Shown: positions 9,193 to 20,006, counted from the stretch's first letter. The stretch is 64,000 bases of DNA from Polyangiales bacterium (GCA_044229975.1 JBGARZ010000004.1:1-64000), one strand, 5' to 3'. The notes: a model not told the origin generated them from the sequence alone. Numbers and translations are program-made.

Positions 9193-10773
9193 ATGGCCGA
9201 CTCATGGCGGGCGCTCTCTGAAAACAGCACCTTCGCGGGCACCTTCCGCGTCGTGCGCGCACTCAACAGCGAGACGCCGCGTCGCGCGCTCTACCTCGCC
9301 GAGCACACCGGCACCGGCCGCCAGTGCGCGCTGCGCGTCCTCGATCCGTCGCTCGTCTCGGCCGCGCCCGGCAAGGCCCGCTTCGAAGAACTCCGCACCC
9401 TCCGCGCGCGCATCAAGAGCAACCACCTCGTCGACGTCGTCGCCGCCGGCATCGACCGCACCACCGGGTCGCCGTGGTTCGCGCTCGACTACCTCGATGG
9501 CGTGAGCCTCGACGCCCACGCCGCCAACCCCCTCCCCGCCGACGAGACCATGGAGATCATGCTCCAGCTCTCGCACGGGCTCTCCGCCATCCACGCCGCA
9601 GGGCAGGTGCACGGCACCGTCGACCCGTCGTCCGTGATGGTCGCCGCCAGCTACTACTCGGGCAGCCCGTACACCGTCACCCTGCTCGACTTCTGGACGG
9701 CCTCCTGGCTCCGCGCCGCCGACGCCAACGCCGAGAGCGCCCACATCAACGCGCTGATGTGGCGCGCCCCCGAGCAGACCGAGGCGGGCGTCACCGTCAC
9801 CGCCAAGGCCGATGTGTGGGCGCTCGGGCTGATCGCGTTTCGGCTGCTCACGGGCAAGGTCTATTGGAAGAGCGCCGCGCAGCCCTTCGAGGCGACCCCC
9901 GTCGCCGTGATGAAGGAGGTCTCCGTCTCCAGCCTCGAGCGCGCCTCGCAGCGCGCCCGCGCGCTCGGTGTCGAGGTGTCGCTGCCCGATGGCTTCGACG
10001 GGTGGTTCGCCCGCTGCGTGGCGCGCGACCCGGACGATCGCTTCGCCACCGTCGCCGAGGCCGTCGACGCGCTCGACCCGCTGCTCGACGGGGTCGAGAC
10101 GGTCACCGCCGTTGCCCCCGCGCCGCCCTCCGCCGTGAGCCGGATGGGCTCCTCCATGAAGGGGTGGATGCGAACGCCGGACTTCATGGTTCCGGCTGTG
10201 ATGGGGCTGCTCATCGTGACGGCCCTCGGCGTGCGGACGTACATCCGCTCGAAGTGGAAGCGCGCCCGACCGGGTGCCCCCGTCGCCGCCATGATCGCCG
10301 CGCAGCAGACCGCGATTCCGACGCTCCCGCCGCCGACGCTCCCGACGACACCCGATGCCGGGCCGCAGCCCGCCACGCTCTCCGAGGCCGGCGCGGCCGC
10401 CATGGCCACCCGCCTCGGTGGCGCCACGCGCGGCTCGCCCGTCTGGATCTCCGTCGCCGCCGCCGACCCCGCCGCCGAGGCCCTCGCGACGCGACTGCTC
10501 GGCATCTTCGAGCGCGCCGGGTGGCAGACCCACCCGCTGCAACACTCGGCCGTGCGCGCGCGCCCCGGCATCTTCCTCTTCGCCGCCGAGGAGCAGTCGC
10601 CCGGCTACGTCGAGACCGTCGAGCGGGCGCTCACCGATGCGCAGTTTCGTCCGACCGTCGCGCGGGGATACCGGTCGTTCTATCGCGACATGGTGCGCGA
10701 CAACCCGAGCTACGTGGGCTTTCCCTTCGAGACCGATCAGACCTTTCTCATCGTCGTCGGGCGCGGTCAGTAG
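9193..10773 (+). CDS. Membrane-anchored Ser/Thr kinase-fold protein, probably a pseudokinase
   Basis: APEQ, ADVWALGLIAFRLLTG and RCVARDPDDRF present, but catalytic motifs are degenerate; TM segment then C-terminal domain. Confidence 0.85.
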   Translation: MADSWRALSENSTFAGTFRVVRALNSETPRRALYLAEHTGTGRQCALRVLDPSLVSAAPGKARFEELRTLRARIKSNHLVDVVAAGIDRTTGSPWFALDYLDGVSLDAHAANPLPADETMEIMLQLSHGLSAIHAAGQVHGTVDPSSVMVAASYYSGSPYTVTLLDFWTASWLRAADANAESAHINALMWRAPEQTEAGVTVTAKADVWALGLIAFRLLTGKVYWKSAAQPFEATPVAVMKEVSVSSLERASQRARALGVEVSLPDGFDGWFARCVARDPDDRFATVAEAVDALDPLLDGVETVTAVAPAPPSAVSRMGSSMKGWMRTPDFMVPAVMGLLIVTALGVRTYIRSKWKRARPGAPVAAMIAAQQTAIPTLPPPTLPTTPDAGPQPATLSEAGAAAMATRLGGATRGSPVWISVAAADPAAEALATRLLGIFERAGWQTHPLQHSAVRARPGIFLFAAEEQSPGYVETVERALTDAQFRPTVARGYRSFYRDMVRDNPSYVGFPFETDQTFLIVVGRGQ

Positions 10774-10776
10774 CGG

Positions 10777-11739
10777 TCACACCTCAGGACGCTCGCCGAA
10801 GCCGCGGTCGGGCTCGCCGCGGCAGCCGAAGACATACGCCTCGTCGATGCGCTCGCGCAGCCAGTCGTCGAGGTCGGCCTCGCTCGCGAGGCGAACGCGG
10901 TGGATGTGGCTGTCGGGCGCGAGGGTGTCGATGCGGCGCACCCGCGCGTGCTCGAGTCTGTGCGTGAGGTAGAAGCCGAGCTCTAGCCACGACTTGCGGG
11001 GCATCACCGTCAGGAAGCGTCGTTCTGCCACGAAGCCCGCGCCGATCGGAAACGCCACCGTCGCCACGAGACCGCAGTCCTCGACGACGGCGGTGAGGCG
11101 CGCGAAGAGATCGGTGAGCGCAGCGGGAGCCTTCGCGAAGGAGGCGGCGAGGTCGGGCGGGGTGCAGGGGTGTTCGGTTCCGTCGGCGGCGTCGCGGCCA
11201 CCGCAGAGGGGACAGACCGGACGGCGCGCGCGGGACGGCGATGGAGACGGCGGCGCGTCGGGGCGGCCGAGGCAGTGGTCGACGGTGCGCGCGATGGCGC
11301 GAGCGCGGGCCGCGGGCGTGGAGGCGGTGGTGACGAAGCGGAGGAGCTGCTTGCGGTAGGAGACCGCGAGCGCGTCGAAGGCGGCGCGTGCACCAGGCTC
11401 GGCGTCGAGCGCGGCCGCGACGTCGGCGGAGAGCAGCACCGTGTCGGCGGGGCACGGCGAGAGCACGAAGGTCACGCGGTCGCCGACAGCGACGTCGGCC
11501 TCGCGGCGCGTGGTGGCGTTGAGGAAGAAGACGTGGCCGCCCTGCGCGGTGGGCAGGAGGGTTCCGTGGAAGGGGGAGGCGTTGAGGGAGCCGGTGACGG
11601 TGATGCGGCGCGCGGCGCCCCATGGAGCGAAGTCGCGGGTCACGCGGGCAGGGACGGCGACGCTGGCGAAGGTTCCGATGCGGCCGATCTCCGCGCGGAA
11701 GGTGATGGTCGGGACGGCGGTCTTCGCGCGTGGCTTCAC
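10777..11739 (-). CDS. DUF1905 / YdeI-OmpD-associated / DUF5655-like protein
   Basis: VTGSLNASPFHGTL; DVAAALDAEPGARAAFDALAVSYRK; C-terminal DLDDWLRERIDEAY. Confidence 0.7.
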   Translation of the reverse strand: MKPRAKTAVPTITFRAEIGRIGTFASVAVPARVTRDFAPWGAARRITVTGSLNASPFHGTLLPTAQGGHVFFLNATTRREADVAVGDRVTFVLSPCPADTVLLSADVAAALDAEPGARAAFDALAVSYRKQLLRFVTTASTPAARARAIARTVDHCLGRPDAPPSPSPSRARRPVCPLCGGRDAADGTEHPCTPPDLAASFAKAPAALTDLFARLTAVVEDCGLVATVAFPIGAGFVAERRFLTVMPRKSWLELGFYLTHRLEHARVRRIDTLAPDSHIHRVRLASEADLDDWLRERIDEAYVFGCRGEPDRGFGERPEV

Positions 11740-11758
11740 GGGCGGTCGAGCGTGCGCT

Positions 11759-12817
11759 CTATGGTTGCTTGTTCTTGGAGGCGGCGATCTTCGCGGCGAC
11801 CTTCGCTTCGTGGTCGCGGATCTTCGCTGCGCGGATGGCGTCGGCGTCGGGGTTCGAGGGCGGCGCGTTGGCCGTCTTCTCGTCGGGCGCGGGCGCTTGC
11901 AGCGTCTTGGTCACCACCTCGCGCCACGGCTTCGCCTCCTTCTTCCCGAAGAGGAAGGCCATGCCCACCGCGACGAAGTACAGGAGGATGAGCGGGAGCC
12001 CCAGCATCACCTGCGAGTACACGTCCGTGCTCGGCGTGAGCACCGCCGCCAGGATGAACGCGATGACCGTGAAGTAGCGTGAGAACGACAGGAGCTGCCG
12101 CCACGTCACGAGCCCGATGTACGAGAGGAAGAAGACGAACAGCGGCAGCTCGAAGACCACCCCGAAGGCCAGGAGCATCTGCTGCGTGAAGCCCAGGTAC
12201 TCGTCCATCATCAGCGTCGGGACGACGGTGACGGCCGTGCCGCCCACCTTGCCGCCGAAGCCCAGGAACCACGCGTACCCGACCGGGAACACGAAGTGGT
12301 ATCCGAAGAGCGCGCCCGCCACGAAGAACAGCGTCGAGAAGAACACCAGCGGCAGGACGACGCGCTTCTCCTTCGCGTACAGCCCCGGCGCGATGAACAT
12401 CCAGAGCTGGTAGAACACCACCGGCAGCGCGAGCACGAGCCCGCCGATGGCCGCGACCTTCAGGTAGACCGTGAAGGCCGACGTGGGGTCGGGGAAGTGC
12501 ATCTGCGGGTTGAGCGGAACCGCTCCGTTGGTCACCGGCGCCGCGCGCACGGCCGCCTCGCTCATCCGGTGGAACACCGGGTAGTGCAGCATCCAGTGGA
12601 CGATCTGCGGGATGGTGCACGCCTGCGGGGTGTTGTCGCGCGCGTTGCAGAACCACGCGACCTCCAGCGGGCGCAGCAGCCAGGCGAAGAGCTGCTCGCG
12701 GAAGTTCCAGCAGACGACCATGCCGGCGATGACCGCGATGACCGCGCGGAGGAGGCGACCACGCAGCTCTTCGAGGTGGTCGCGGAAGCTCATCGGACCT
12801 TCGGGTGCGACGCTCAC
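11759..12817 (-). CDS. tatC: Twin-arginine translocase subunit TatC
   Basis: MSFRDHLEELRGRL, YQLWMFIAPGLYAKEK, FGVVFELP, AAVLTP. Confidence 0.95.
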   Translation of the reverse strand: MSVAPEGPMSFRDHLEELRGRLLRAVIAVIAGMVVCWNFREQLFAWLLRPLEVAWFCNARDNTPQACTIPQIVHWMLHYPVFHRMSEAAVRAAPVTNGAVPLNPQMHFPDPTSAFTVYLKVAAIGGLVLALPVVFYQLWMFIAPGLYAKEKRVVLPLVFFSTLFFVAGALFGYHFVFPVGYAWFLGFGGKVGGTAVTVVPTLMMDEYLGFTQQMLLAFGVVFELPLFVFFLSYIGLVTWRQLLSFSRYFTVIAFILAAVLTPSTDVYSQVMLGLPLILLYFVAVGMAFLFGKKEAKPWREVVTKTLQAPAPDEKTANAPPSNPDADAIRAAKIRDHEAKVAAKIAASKNKQP

Positions 12818-13185
12818 GGCGCTCCCTCCGTCTCGGGGTACACCACGGCGCCTTCGGGCAGCGCGCCGAAGTCGTCGGGCCCGCCCTCGGGGTACTCCAT
12901 CGCGAGGTCGATGGGCTCGGCCTCCAGGGTCATCGACTTCTTCGCATCATCGACGGTGGTGCGAACGTCCTCCTCGATGCCCGACAGCCCCTCGCGCAGC
13001 GGTCGCGTGACCTCGTCGACGACCTCGTCGAAGCCCGCTTCCTGACGCAGCTCGCGTGTCGCCCTTTGAAACTCCCTGATGCCGCGGCCGATGGCGCGCA
13101 GCGTCTTCGGGAGGTCGCCGGGGCCCACCACCATCAGCGCCACGAACCCGATCAGGATGAGCTCAGGGATTCCGATTCCGAACAT
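12814..13185 (-). CDS. tatB: Twin-arginine translocase subunit TatB (TatA/B family)
   Basis: MFGIGIPELILIGFVALMVVGPGDLP; overlaps the tatC start. Confidence 0.88.
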   Translation of the reverse strand: MFGIGIPELILIGFVALMVVGPGDLPKTLRAIGRGIREFQRATRELRQEAGFDEVVDEVTRPLREGLSGIEEDVRTTVDDAKKSMTLEAEPIDLAMEYPEGGPDDFGALPEGAVVYPETEGAP

Positions 13186-13197
13186 CGTTCGAGACTC

Positions 13198-13701
13198 TTA
13201 CTCCACTGCTCCAGCGAGCACCACCCGCCGCCAGCGCCACAGCGCGACCGCGTACATCACCACCGTCGCCCACGCCCACAGGGTCAGCCACCGGTCGAAG
13301 CCGCGCAGTGGCATCCACCGCTCCGTCGCCGCGAAGGTGAGCGCCATCGCCACCACGCTCGCGACCATCACCCACGACCACACCACCAGCGCCGTCGCGT
13401 CGCGTCGCGACAGTTGTCGCCACGCCCACGCCGTCGCCACGAGGATCAGAAGTGCCCGGAAAATAGACCATGTCGTCGGCCCGCCGTGCGCGAGGCTGAG
13501 CCACTGCGTCGCCTGCTGCACCACCGCAAACGCCGCCGTCGTCCACGCGATGAGCCGCCACGCGCGATCGCTCGCGGGGCTCTCGACGACCGTCAGCGCA
13601 GGCGTCGTCACCTCGGTGCGTAGAGCACCGCAACGATTGCAACGGATGTCGGCCGTCATCCACGGAGCGCCGCACTCGTCACAGAGCGACGGCGCGTCCA
13701 T
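13198..13701 (-). CDS. Zn-ribbon membrane protein
   Basis: CDEC...CNRC followed by about four hydrophobic helices; tightly packed in the operon. Confidence 0.6.
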   Translation of the reverse strand: MDAPSLCDECGAPWMTADIRCNRCGALRTEVTTPALTVVESPASDRAWRLIAWTTAAFAVVQQATQWLSLAHGGPTTWSIFRALLILVATAWAWRQLSRRDATALVVWSWVMVASVVAMALTFAATERWMPLRGFDRWLTLWAWATVVMYAVALWRWRRVVLAGAVE

Positions 13702-15030
13702 TCACCCCACCGTCGTCGCGGGCTTCTCGGCGTGCGACGCCTTCAGTGATGCCACCGAGTCGGCCAGCTTCGTCACGCCGTCGGCCTGCGTGCGCGTGCC
13801 CCGCTCGACGACCACCGTGAGCGCGCGTGTCTGCTCGGCCGCCTTCTGCATCTGCTCCGAGCCGCGCGCCTGCTGCGCCGCCGCGGCCGCGATCTGCTGC
13901 ACCGTCTCCGTCATGCGATGGATCGCCTCGGTCACCTGCCGTGACCCGCGCGCCTGCTCGTCGGTCGCCTGCGCGATGGCGCGCACCATGGTGGTGCTGC
14001 GGCGCGAGCGTTCGAGGATGCGCTTGAGCGCACGGTCGGCCTCGCGGCTCACCTCGACGCCGCGGTCGACGGTCACCTTGGAGCGCTCGACGGAAGCCAC
14101 CGCGTGACGGCTCTCGGCCTGCACCGCCTCGATGAGCTCGGCGATCTCGCGGGTGCTCTCGGCGGCGCGCTCGGAGAGGTCCTTGATCTCCTCGGCGACG
14201 ACGGTGAAGCCGCGCCCGTGCTCGCCCGCCTGCGCCGCGAGGATGGCCGCGTTGAGCGCGAGCAGGTTGGTGCGCTCGGTGATCTCGTCGATGACCTTGG
14301 TGATCTTGCCGATGGCCGTGAGCTTCTCGCCGAGGCGCCCGATGACGCCGACGGTGTCCTCGGCGGTGCTCTTGATGTGGTTGATCTCCAGCACCGTGCG
14401 CTGGATGGTCTCGGCGCCCTGCTCGGCGTCCAGCGACACCTCCTCGGTGATGCGCGCGGTGGTGTCGGCGTTCTCGCGCACCTGACCGATGGCCACGTCC
14501 ATTTCGTTCATGGAGGTGGAGGTCTCTTCGGCGGTGAAGCGCAGCGCGTCGATGTTGCGCGCCACCTCCTGGATCGACGTCGACATCCCCCCGATGGTCT
14601 CGACGGTCTGCGTCACCGAACGCCCCAGCGCCTCGATGGCCGTCGCCAGCTCACCCGCCGCCGCGTCCCCTGGGAGGGCCGCCGTCACCGCGTCGATGCG
14701 CGAGCCAAGTGCTGATGGAAGCACTCGCGCTCGCGCTGCTTCGGACACGGCGTCGAGCTCCTCCCAGAGCGTCGCGCCGTCCATGCCCACGTCGGGTGTG
14801 AGCAGCGGCAACCGCTCGCCCGCGCGCGCCTTCTGCGCCGCCCGCGTCGCGAGGAGCAGCGCGTCCGTCGCCGACTGCGCCGCCAGCGCCGCGCCCGCGA
14901 TGCCCGCGGCCACGGCCACGAGCACGCCCGCCACGCCGAGGCCCCGGTCGGCGAGCCACGCGCCCGCCGCGCCCCCGACGGCCACGAGGGTCAACGCCCC
15001 GAGGGCCTTCGGGCGCGAGAGGGAGGCCAT
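13702..15030 (-). CDS. Methyl-accepting chemotaxis protein
   Basis: [36 protein letters not shown]; two N-terminal TMs; ATG at 15030 chosen. Confidence 0.92.
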   Translation of the reverse strand: MASLSRPKALGALTLVAVGGAAGAWLADRGLGVAGVLVAVAAGIAGAALAAQSATDALLLATRAAQKARAGERLPLLTPDVGMDGATLWEELDAVSEAARARVLPSALGSRIDAVTAALPGDAAAGELATAIEALGRSVTQTVETIGGMSTSIQEVARNIDALRFTAEETSTSMNEMDVAIGQVRENADTTARITEEVSLDAEQGAETIQRTVLEINHIKSTAEDTVGVIGRLGEKLTAIGKITKVIDEITERTNLLALNAAILAAQAGEHGRGFTVVAEEIKDLSERAAESTREIAELIEAVQAESRHAVASVERSKVTVDRGVEVSREADRALKRILERSRRSTTMVRAIAQATDEQARGSRQVTEAIHRMTETVQQIAAAAAQQARGSEQMQKAAEQTRALTVVVERGTRTQADGVTKLADSVASLKASHAEKPATTVG

Positions 15031-15049
15031 CAGTCGTGTCCTCTGGAGG

Positions 15050-15242
15050 TCGCTGCGCTTGCTTCCGCGGCCTGAAGGCCACGGCACTCTTCGGGAAGGC
15101 CCTGCGGGCCTTCATTCCGCGATGGGCACTCGAAGTTCTGGACTCTGCGTTTTGTGGTTCGATCGGACATCACGAGTTGAAGGCCCGTAGGGCCTTCCCG
15201 AAGAGTGCCGTGGCCTTCAGGCCGCGGAAATGGGCGCAGCGA
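15050..15242. repeat. REPIN/MITE-like 65-bp inverted repeat
   Basis: Arms 15050-15114 and 15178-15242 differ at 5 positions; each contains small hairpins (ccgcggcctgaaggccacgg, gaaggccctgcgggccttc). Confidence 0.85.
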
Positions 15243-15252
15243 GCGGCGCCCA

Positions 15253-18200
15253 TCAGTCCTCGTCGTCGTCCTCGCCGTGGCGCGGCGTCGCCAGCAGCTC
15301 GCCGTTGGGGCCGTCGCGGCGGATCACGTACGTCCGGCGGGCCATCACGTCGTCGCCCTCGCGTGCCACCACCGAGACGATGTTGGCGCCCGGACGCAGC
15401 GGCAGCGGCGCCGTGAAGGTCATCCGGTGCGGGTCGGCCGCGTCGCGGTGCGACTGGTAGAACACCTTGTGGGGGCCCACGAAGATGTAGAGGTCGAGCA
15501 CGCGGTTTTCGTCCGTGGCCGTGCCCTGCAAGGTCATCGAGGCGCCGCGGACGGCGAGCTCGACGCCCTGGGTCTCGATCATCGGCGGCGAGTTGTGCAG
15601 CACGTAGGTGATCGTCCGCGGACCCGCCGCGCGCGCCCCGTTGCCCTGCGCCCGCAGCGCCCAGGCCGGTCGGCCCTCGCCCGCATCGACGCGCACCCAC
15701 TCGCCCGACTGCGCCGTGATCGGGAACACCGCGCCCGTCCCCGCGCGCATCACCACCCGCGCATCCGCGGCCGGTGACTCGCGCAGCTCCAGGTCGGCGC
15801 CCGACGTGAACGAACCCGTCGACGTCGCCACCGGACCCGCCGCCGCCGCGATGGGAACGCGGATCTTCTGCGTCGTCACTTCACGCAGGTCTTCGTCCTC
15901 GACGACGAGCTCCAGCTTGAGCTCCTCCTCGCGGAAGGTCGCCGCCACGTCGAAGGTGAACGCCACGCGGCGCTCCTCGCCCGGCTGCATGTTGTTGATG
16001 TCGAAGCGCGCGTCGTGCAGCAGCACACCCGCGCCCGACAGGTTCTTCAGGTTCGCCCGCGCGATGAAGGTGCGGCCGCGCCCGACGTTCTTCAGCGTCA
16101 GGAACATCGTCATCCGCTCGCCGCGCTGGACGCGCCCGTCGCCGTTGCCGCCGCCGCGCTGCTCGGCGAACTGCCAGCCGTACGCGAACACCGGCCGCTC
16201 CAGGCCGCGGATGGACGCCCGGATGGGCTCCACTGCCTGCGGCACGTGGCCGTGCGCCTCCGACCACTCCAGGCGGATCCCGTCGGTGCGCGACAGGGCC
16301 GCGCGCGGGACGAGGCACACCTTGCGGGTGCCCGGCGCCGGGAGCGAGCTGCTGCCCGGGCGGAAGCCCTCGTACTCGCAGAGGCCGAGCGGCGCCGTCC
16401 AGGTGCGGGTCTCGCCGGGGTTCACACGGCCGAAGACGAACTCCCGATTCTCGAACATCGGGTTGTCGCTCTTGGTGTTGGCGCGCAGGCGGTACACCGG
16501 AGTCGTCCCGCGGTTGGTGACCGTGACGGTGAGGTCGAAGGCCTCGCCGGGCGCGCCGGTGTTCTCCGGGCGCGAGGTGCGGGTGGTCACTTCGAGGTTG
16601 GACGCGCCGCCGTCGGCGCCTTCCTCCCAGTCGACGCGCAGCGGTTGCAGCGCGCGGGCGACGAGGCCCACCTGCTCGGTGCGGGTGCGGTCGAGCAGCG
16701 GTCGCGCGTCGGCGATGAGCTCGCGGCGGCCCGGTCGCGCGGCGGCCGAGAGCAGGTCGCGCACGAAGCGGATGGAGAAGTCCTCGCGGAAGCCGTCGTC
16801 GGCGACGTCGTCGGCGCCGCGCAGGCGGAGCTGCTCGCGCTCCTCCGTCGGGAAGAAGTACCGAACGGTCTCCGCAGGGTGATCACCACCGCGAGCGCGG
16901 GTGTTGGTGAGGTGCGCCGAGAGGTCGCTCTCGCGGGGGAAGATCTTGTCGGCGTCGAGGTCCATGTCGAGCGCGTCGACGGTCATCGGCATGAGCTCGA
17001 TGTCAGGCGTGATGCCGACGCCCTGGATGGAGACGTCACCCGGCGTGAGGTACTGCGCGATGGTGATCTTGAGCGCGCCGCCGTCGGGCAGCGTGCGGAT
17101 GGTCTGCACGCTCCCCTTGCCGAAGGACGTTCCGCCGACGATGACCGCGCGGTTGTGGTTCTTGAGGGCGCCCGCGACGATCTCGCTGGCGCTGGCCGAG
17201 CCGCCGTCGATGAGCACCGCCAGGGGATAGTCGGGCTCGGTGCCGTCGGCCTCGGCGCTGCGCTCTTCGCGCTCCTCGCGGCGGTTGCCCGCGGTGACGA
17301 CGATGGTGCCGTCGCGCAGGAAGAGGTCGGCCACGGCGACGGCCTGCTCCAGCAAGCCGCCGGGGTTGCCGCGCATGTCGAGGACGAGCGAGCGCATGCC
17401 CTGCTCGCGCATCTGGCGGAGGGCGCGGGTGAGCTCTTCGCCGGTGGTCTCGCTGAAGCTCTTGATGCGCGCGTAGCCGACGCCGTTGGCCATGAGCCGG
17501 TGGTCGACGGAGCGCACGGTGATGACCGCGCGGGTGAGGTCGAAGCGACGCGGAACGGTCCACCCACCAGCGCCCGCGCGGGTCACCCAGATGGTGACGG
17601 GCGTGCGGGGCTCGCCGCGGAGGCGGTTGACGGCCTCCGAGAGCGACATGGTGGTGGTGCTCTCCTCGTTGATCTTCACGATGCGGTCGTAGCGGTGCAG
17701 GCCCGCGCGGGCGGCGGGCGTCTCGGGCATGGGGTTCATGACCGTGAGCTGGCCGTCGCGGATGGAGATGACGATGCCGAGGCCGCCGAAGTGGCCGCCG
17801 GTCTGGATCTGCATCTCGTGAAACTGCTCGGGCGTGAGCACCACCGAGTGGGGGTCGAGGGTGCGGAGCATCCCGTTGGCGGCGATGTACTCGACGTCCT
17901 GGAGGTTGACGTCGGTGCCGCGCAGGTGGGTCTGGAGGAAGGTGAAGATCTCGCGCCAGCGGGCTTCGAGGTCCCACGGCGCGTTGACGCCGGCGAGGTC
18001 GAAGGTCTGCTCGTGGGTGTCGACGCGCACGGTGAGCGTCGGGGCGTTGTCCTCGTGCCGCACGAGCACCTGGGCCACCGAACGTTGGATGGCGTCGAGG
18101 CCCTTGAGCAGCATCTCGCGCGGGTGCACGCGGCCGGGGTCGACGTAGTTGTTGTTGATCTCCAGCAGCACGTGCCGGAGCACGCCCATGCGGACGAGGT

Positions 18201-18366
18201 CGTAGTTGGGGTCGCGGGCGCGGTCTCTCCGCGGCTGGGCGAGGAGGGCGCGGGAGCCCCCGAGGCCGAGCAGGCCACCGTGTCGGGTGACGGTGATGAC
18301 GGAGGCGAGGGCGCAGGCGACGAGCAGCAGGGCTGCCTTCCAGGGAGCGGTCCAACGTAGGCGCAT
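15253..18366 (-). CDS. Carboxyl-terminal processing protease (S41), long MXAN_5808-type
   Basis: LDPHS, FGGLGI (PDZ), DMRGNPGGLL, SASASEIVAGAL, SFGKGSVQ, QGVGITPDI; C-terminal Ig-like and SH3-like regions. Confidence 0.9.
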   Translation of the reverse strand: MRLRWTAPWKAALLLVACALASVITVTRHGGLLGLGGSRALLAQPRRDRARDPNYDLVRMGVLRHVLLEINNNYVDPGRVHPREMLLKGLDAIQRSVAQVLVRHEDNAPTLTVRVDTHEQTFDLAGVNAPWDLEARWREIFTFLQTHLRGTDVNLQDVEYIAANGMLRTLDPHSVVLTPEQFHEMQIQTGGHFGGLGIVISIRDGQLTVMNPMPETPAARAGLHRYDRIVKINEESTTTMSLSEAVNRLRGEPRTPVTIWVTRAGAGGWTVPRRFDLTRAVITVRSVDHRLMANGVGYARIKSFSETTGEELTRALRQMREQGMRSLVLDMRGNPGGLLEQAVAVADLFLRDGTIVVTAGNRREEREERSAEADGTEPDYPLAVLIDGGSASASEIVAGALKNHNRAVIVGGTSFGKGSVQTIRTLPDGGALKITIAQYLTPGDVSIQGVGITPDIELMPMTVDALDMDLDADKIFPRESDLSAHLTNTRARGGDHPAETVRYFFPTEEREQLRLRGADDVADDGFREDFSIRFVRDLLSAAARPGRRELIADARPLLDRTRTEQVGLVARALQPLRVDWEEGADGGASNLEVTTRTSRPENTGAPGEAFDLTVTVTNRGTTPVYRLRANTKSDNPMFENREFVFGRVNPGETRTWTAPLGLCEYEGFRPGSSSLPAPGTRKVCLVPRAALSRTDGIRLEWSEAHGHVPQAVEPIRASIRGLERPVFAYGWQFAEQRGGGNGDGRVQRGERMTMFLTLKNVGRGRTFIARANLKNLSGAGVLLHDARFDINNMQPGEERRVAFTFDVAATFREEELKLELVVEDEDLREVTTQKIRVPIAAAAGPVATSTGSFTSGADLELRESPAADARVVMRAGTGAVFPITAQSGEWVRVDAGEGRPAWALRAQGNGARAAGPRTITYVLHNSPPMIETQGVELAVRGASMTLQGTATDENRVLDLYIFVGPHKVFYQSHRDAADPHRMTFTAPLPLRPGANIVSVVAREGDDVMARRTYVIRRDGPNGELLATPRHGEDDDED

Positions 18367-18489
18367 CGCGGCGGAGTATAGGGGGAAGCGTCCGCGTTGC
18401 ACCCGCAACCTCTTGATGTTTTCTTGATGCCCCGGCGGCCCATCTTGACGGCTTCGGGGTCAACCCCGGGACTACCTCTCTGAGCTGCC

Positions 18490-19890
18490 ATGCTCACCGA
18501 AATGGCGTCCGAGCCGTCGGCCCCGACCTCCGCTGCCGCCCACCACCGCCCCGGCGCGAAGGCGCCCATCGCGCTGCCGTGGGTCGCCCGCCGCCCGGAG
18601 GTGTTCGGCGCCCTCAACCCCGCGCACGCGGTGCGCTTCTTCGCCGCGCACGGAACCCACGGCTTCCTCCTGCTGGGCTCGGTGGTGCTGTGCATCACGG
18701 GCGGTGAGGCGCTCTACGCGGACATGGGTCACTTCGGTCGTCGGCCCATCCGACTGGCCTGGTACGCGGTGGTGCTGCCCGCGCTGCTCATCAACTACTT
18801 CGGCCAGGGCGCGGTGCTCCTCGAACACGGCGATGGCGTGCGCGAAAACCCCTTCTTCGGGATGGTCTCCGGCTGGATCGTCTACCCCATGGTGGCCATC
18901 GCCACGGCGGCGACGGTGGTGGCCTCGCAGGCGCTCATCTCGGGCGCGTTTTCGCTCACGCAGCAGGCGGTTCAGCTCGGGTACTGTCCCCGCGTCACCA
19001 TCGTCCACACGTCGGGCGAGGCCGAGGGGCAGATCTATGTCCCGGAGGTCAACCGGCTGTTGATGGTGGCGTGCATCGCGCTGGTGGTGGTGTTCCGCGA
19101 GTCGTCGGCGCTCGCGGCGGCGTACGGCATCGCGGTGACGGGGACGATGAGCATCACGTCGGTGCTCTTCTATCAACTCACGCGGCAGTGGGGTTGGCCG
19201 CGCTGGGCGAGCGTGTCGCTGGTGGGGTTGTTCCTGGTGTTCGACCTGTCGTTTCTGGCGGCCAACGCGGTGAAGATCACCGAGGGCGGATGGTTTCCGC
19301 TGGTGGTCGCGGCGGCGGTGTTTGCGGCGATGACGACGTGGAAGAAGGGGCGGGCTGCGCTGGGTCGGCACGTCGTGGCCAACACGCTGCCGCTGGAGAT
19401 GTTTCTCGCGGACGTGGAGGGGACCAGGCCGATGCGGGTGCCGGGGACGGCGGTGTTCATGACGTCCAACCCGGAGGGCGCGCCGCCGGTGCTGCTGCAC
19501 CACTTCAAGCACAACAAGGTGCTGCACGAGCGGGTGGTGTTGTTGTGCGTGCAGACGAAGCACGTGCCCGAGGTGGCGGTGGATGAGCGGGTCGAGGTGA
19601 CGCCGCTGGGCATGGGGTTCTGGAAGGTGACGGCGACGTTCGGGTTCATGCAGACGCCGGACGTGACGGAGGCGCTGCGGCTGTGCGGGCCGCGCGGGCT
19701 CGACGTCGACCCGGCGGTGACGAGCTTCTACCTCGGGCGCGAGACGCTGCTCACCACCGGACGAGCGGGCATGGCGAAGTGGAGGAAGGGTCTGTTCGCG
19801 TTCCTGTCGAGGAACGCGCGGCCGGCGAATGTGTTCTTCCGCATTCCGCCCAACCGGGTGGTGGAGCTCGGGACGCAGATCGAGTTGTAG
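18490..19890 (+). pseudogene. kup: Kup potassium transporter lacking most of its N-terminal TM region (in-frame deletion or artefact)
   Basis: LCITGGEALYADMGHFG, ASQALISGAFSL, GQIYVP and AYGIAVTGTM present; the conserved GDIGTSPLY region is absent; only 466 aa. Confidence 0.75.
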
Positions 19891-19959
19891 GGGGCGGCCA
19901 GGGAGGGCGCGGTTGCGGTGGGGCGGCGAGCGACTGTGAGGGGCCTGCAATAGGTGGGG

Positions 19960-20006
19960 CCCACGCCGCGGCGTCAGCGCGGCGCGCGATGGTCAGGCCC
20001 GCAGTC
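19960..20006 (-). repeat. 47-bp intergenic repeat, copy A
   Basis: Reverse complement matches 36663-36709 at 42/47 positions; related copy at 60633-60675. Confidence 0.75.

Noticed and set aside
16015..18360. Long antisense or alternate-frame ORFs (also 21437-23704, 33960-35837, 55571-57670 and many others)
   Set aside because: They shadow well-supported genes; stop-poor frames are expected at this GC content and the products are low-complexity Arg/Ala/Gly/Pro
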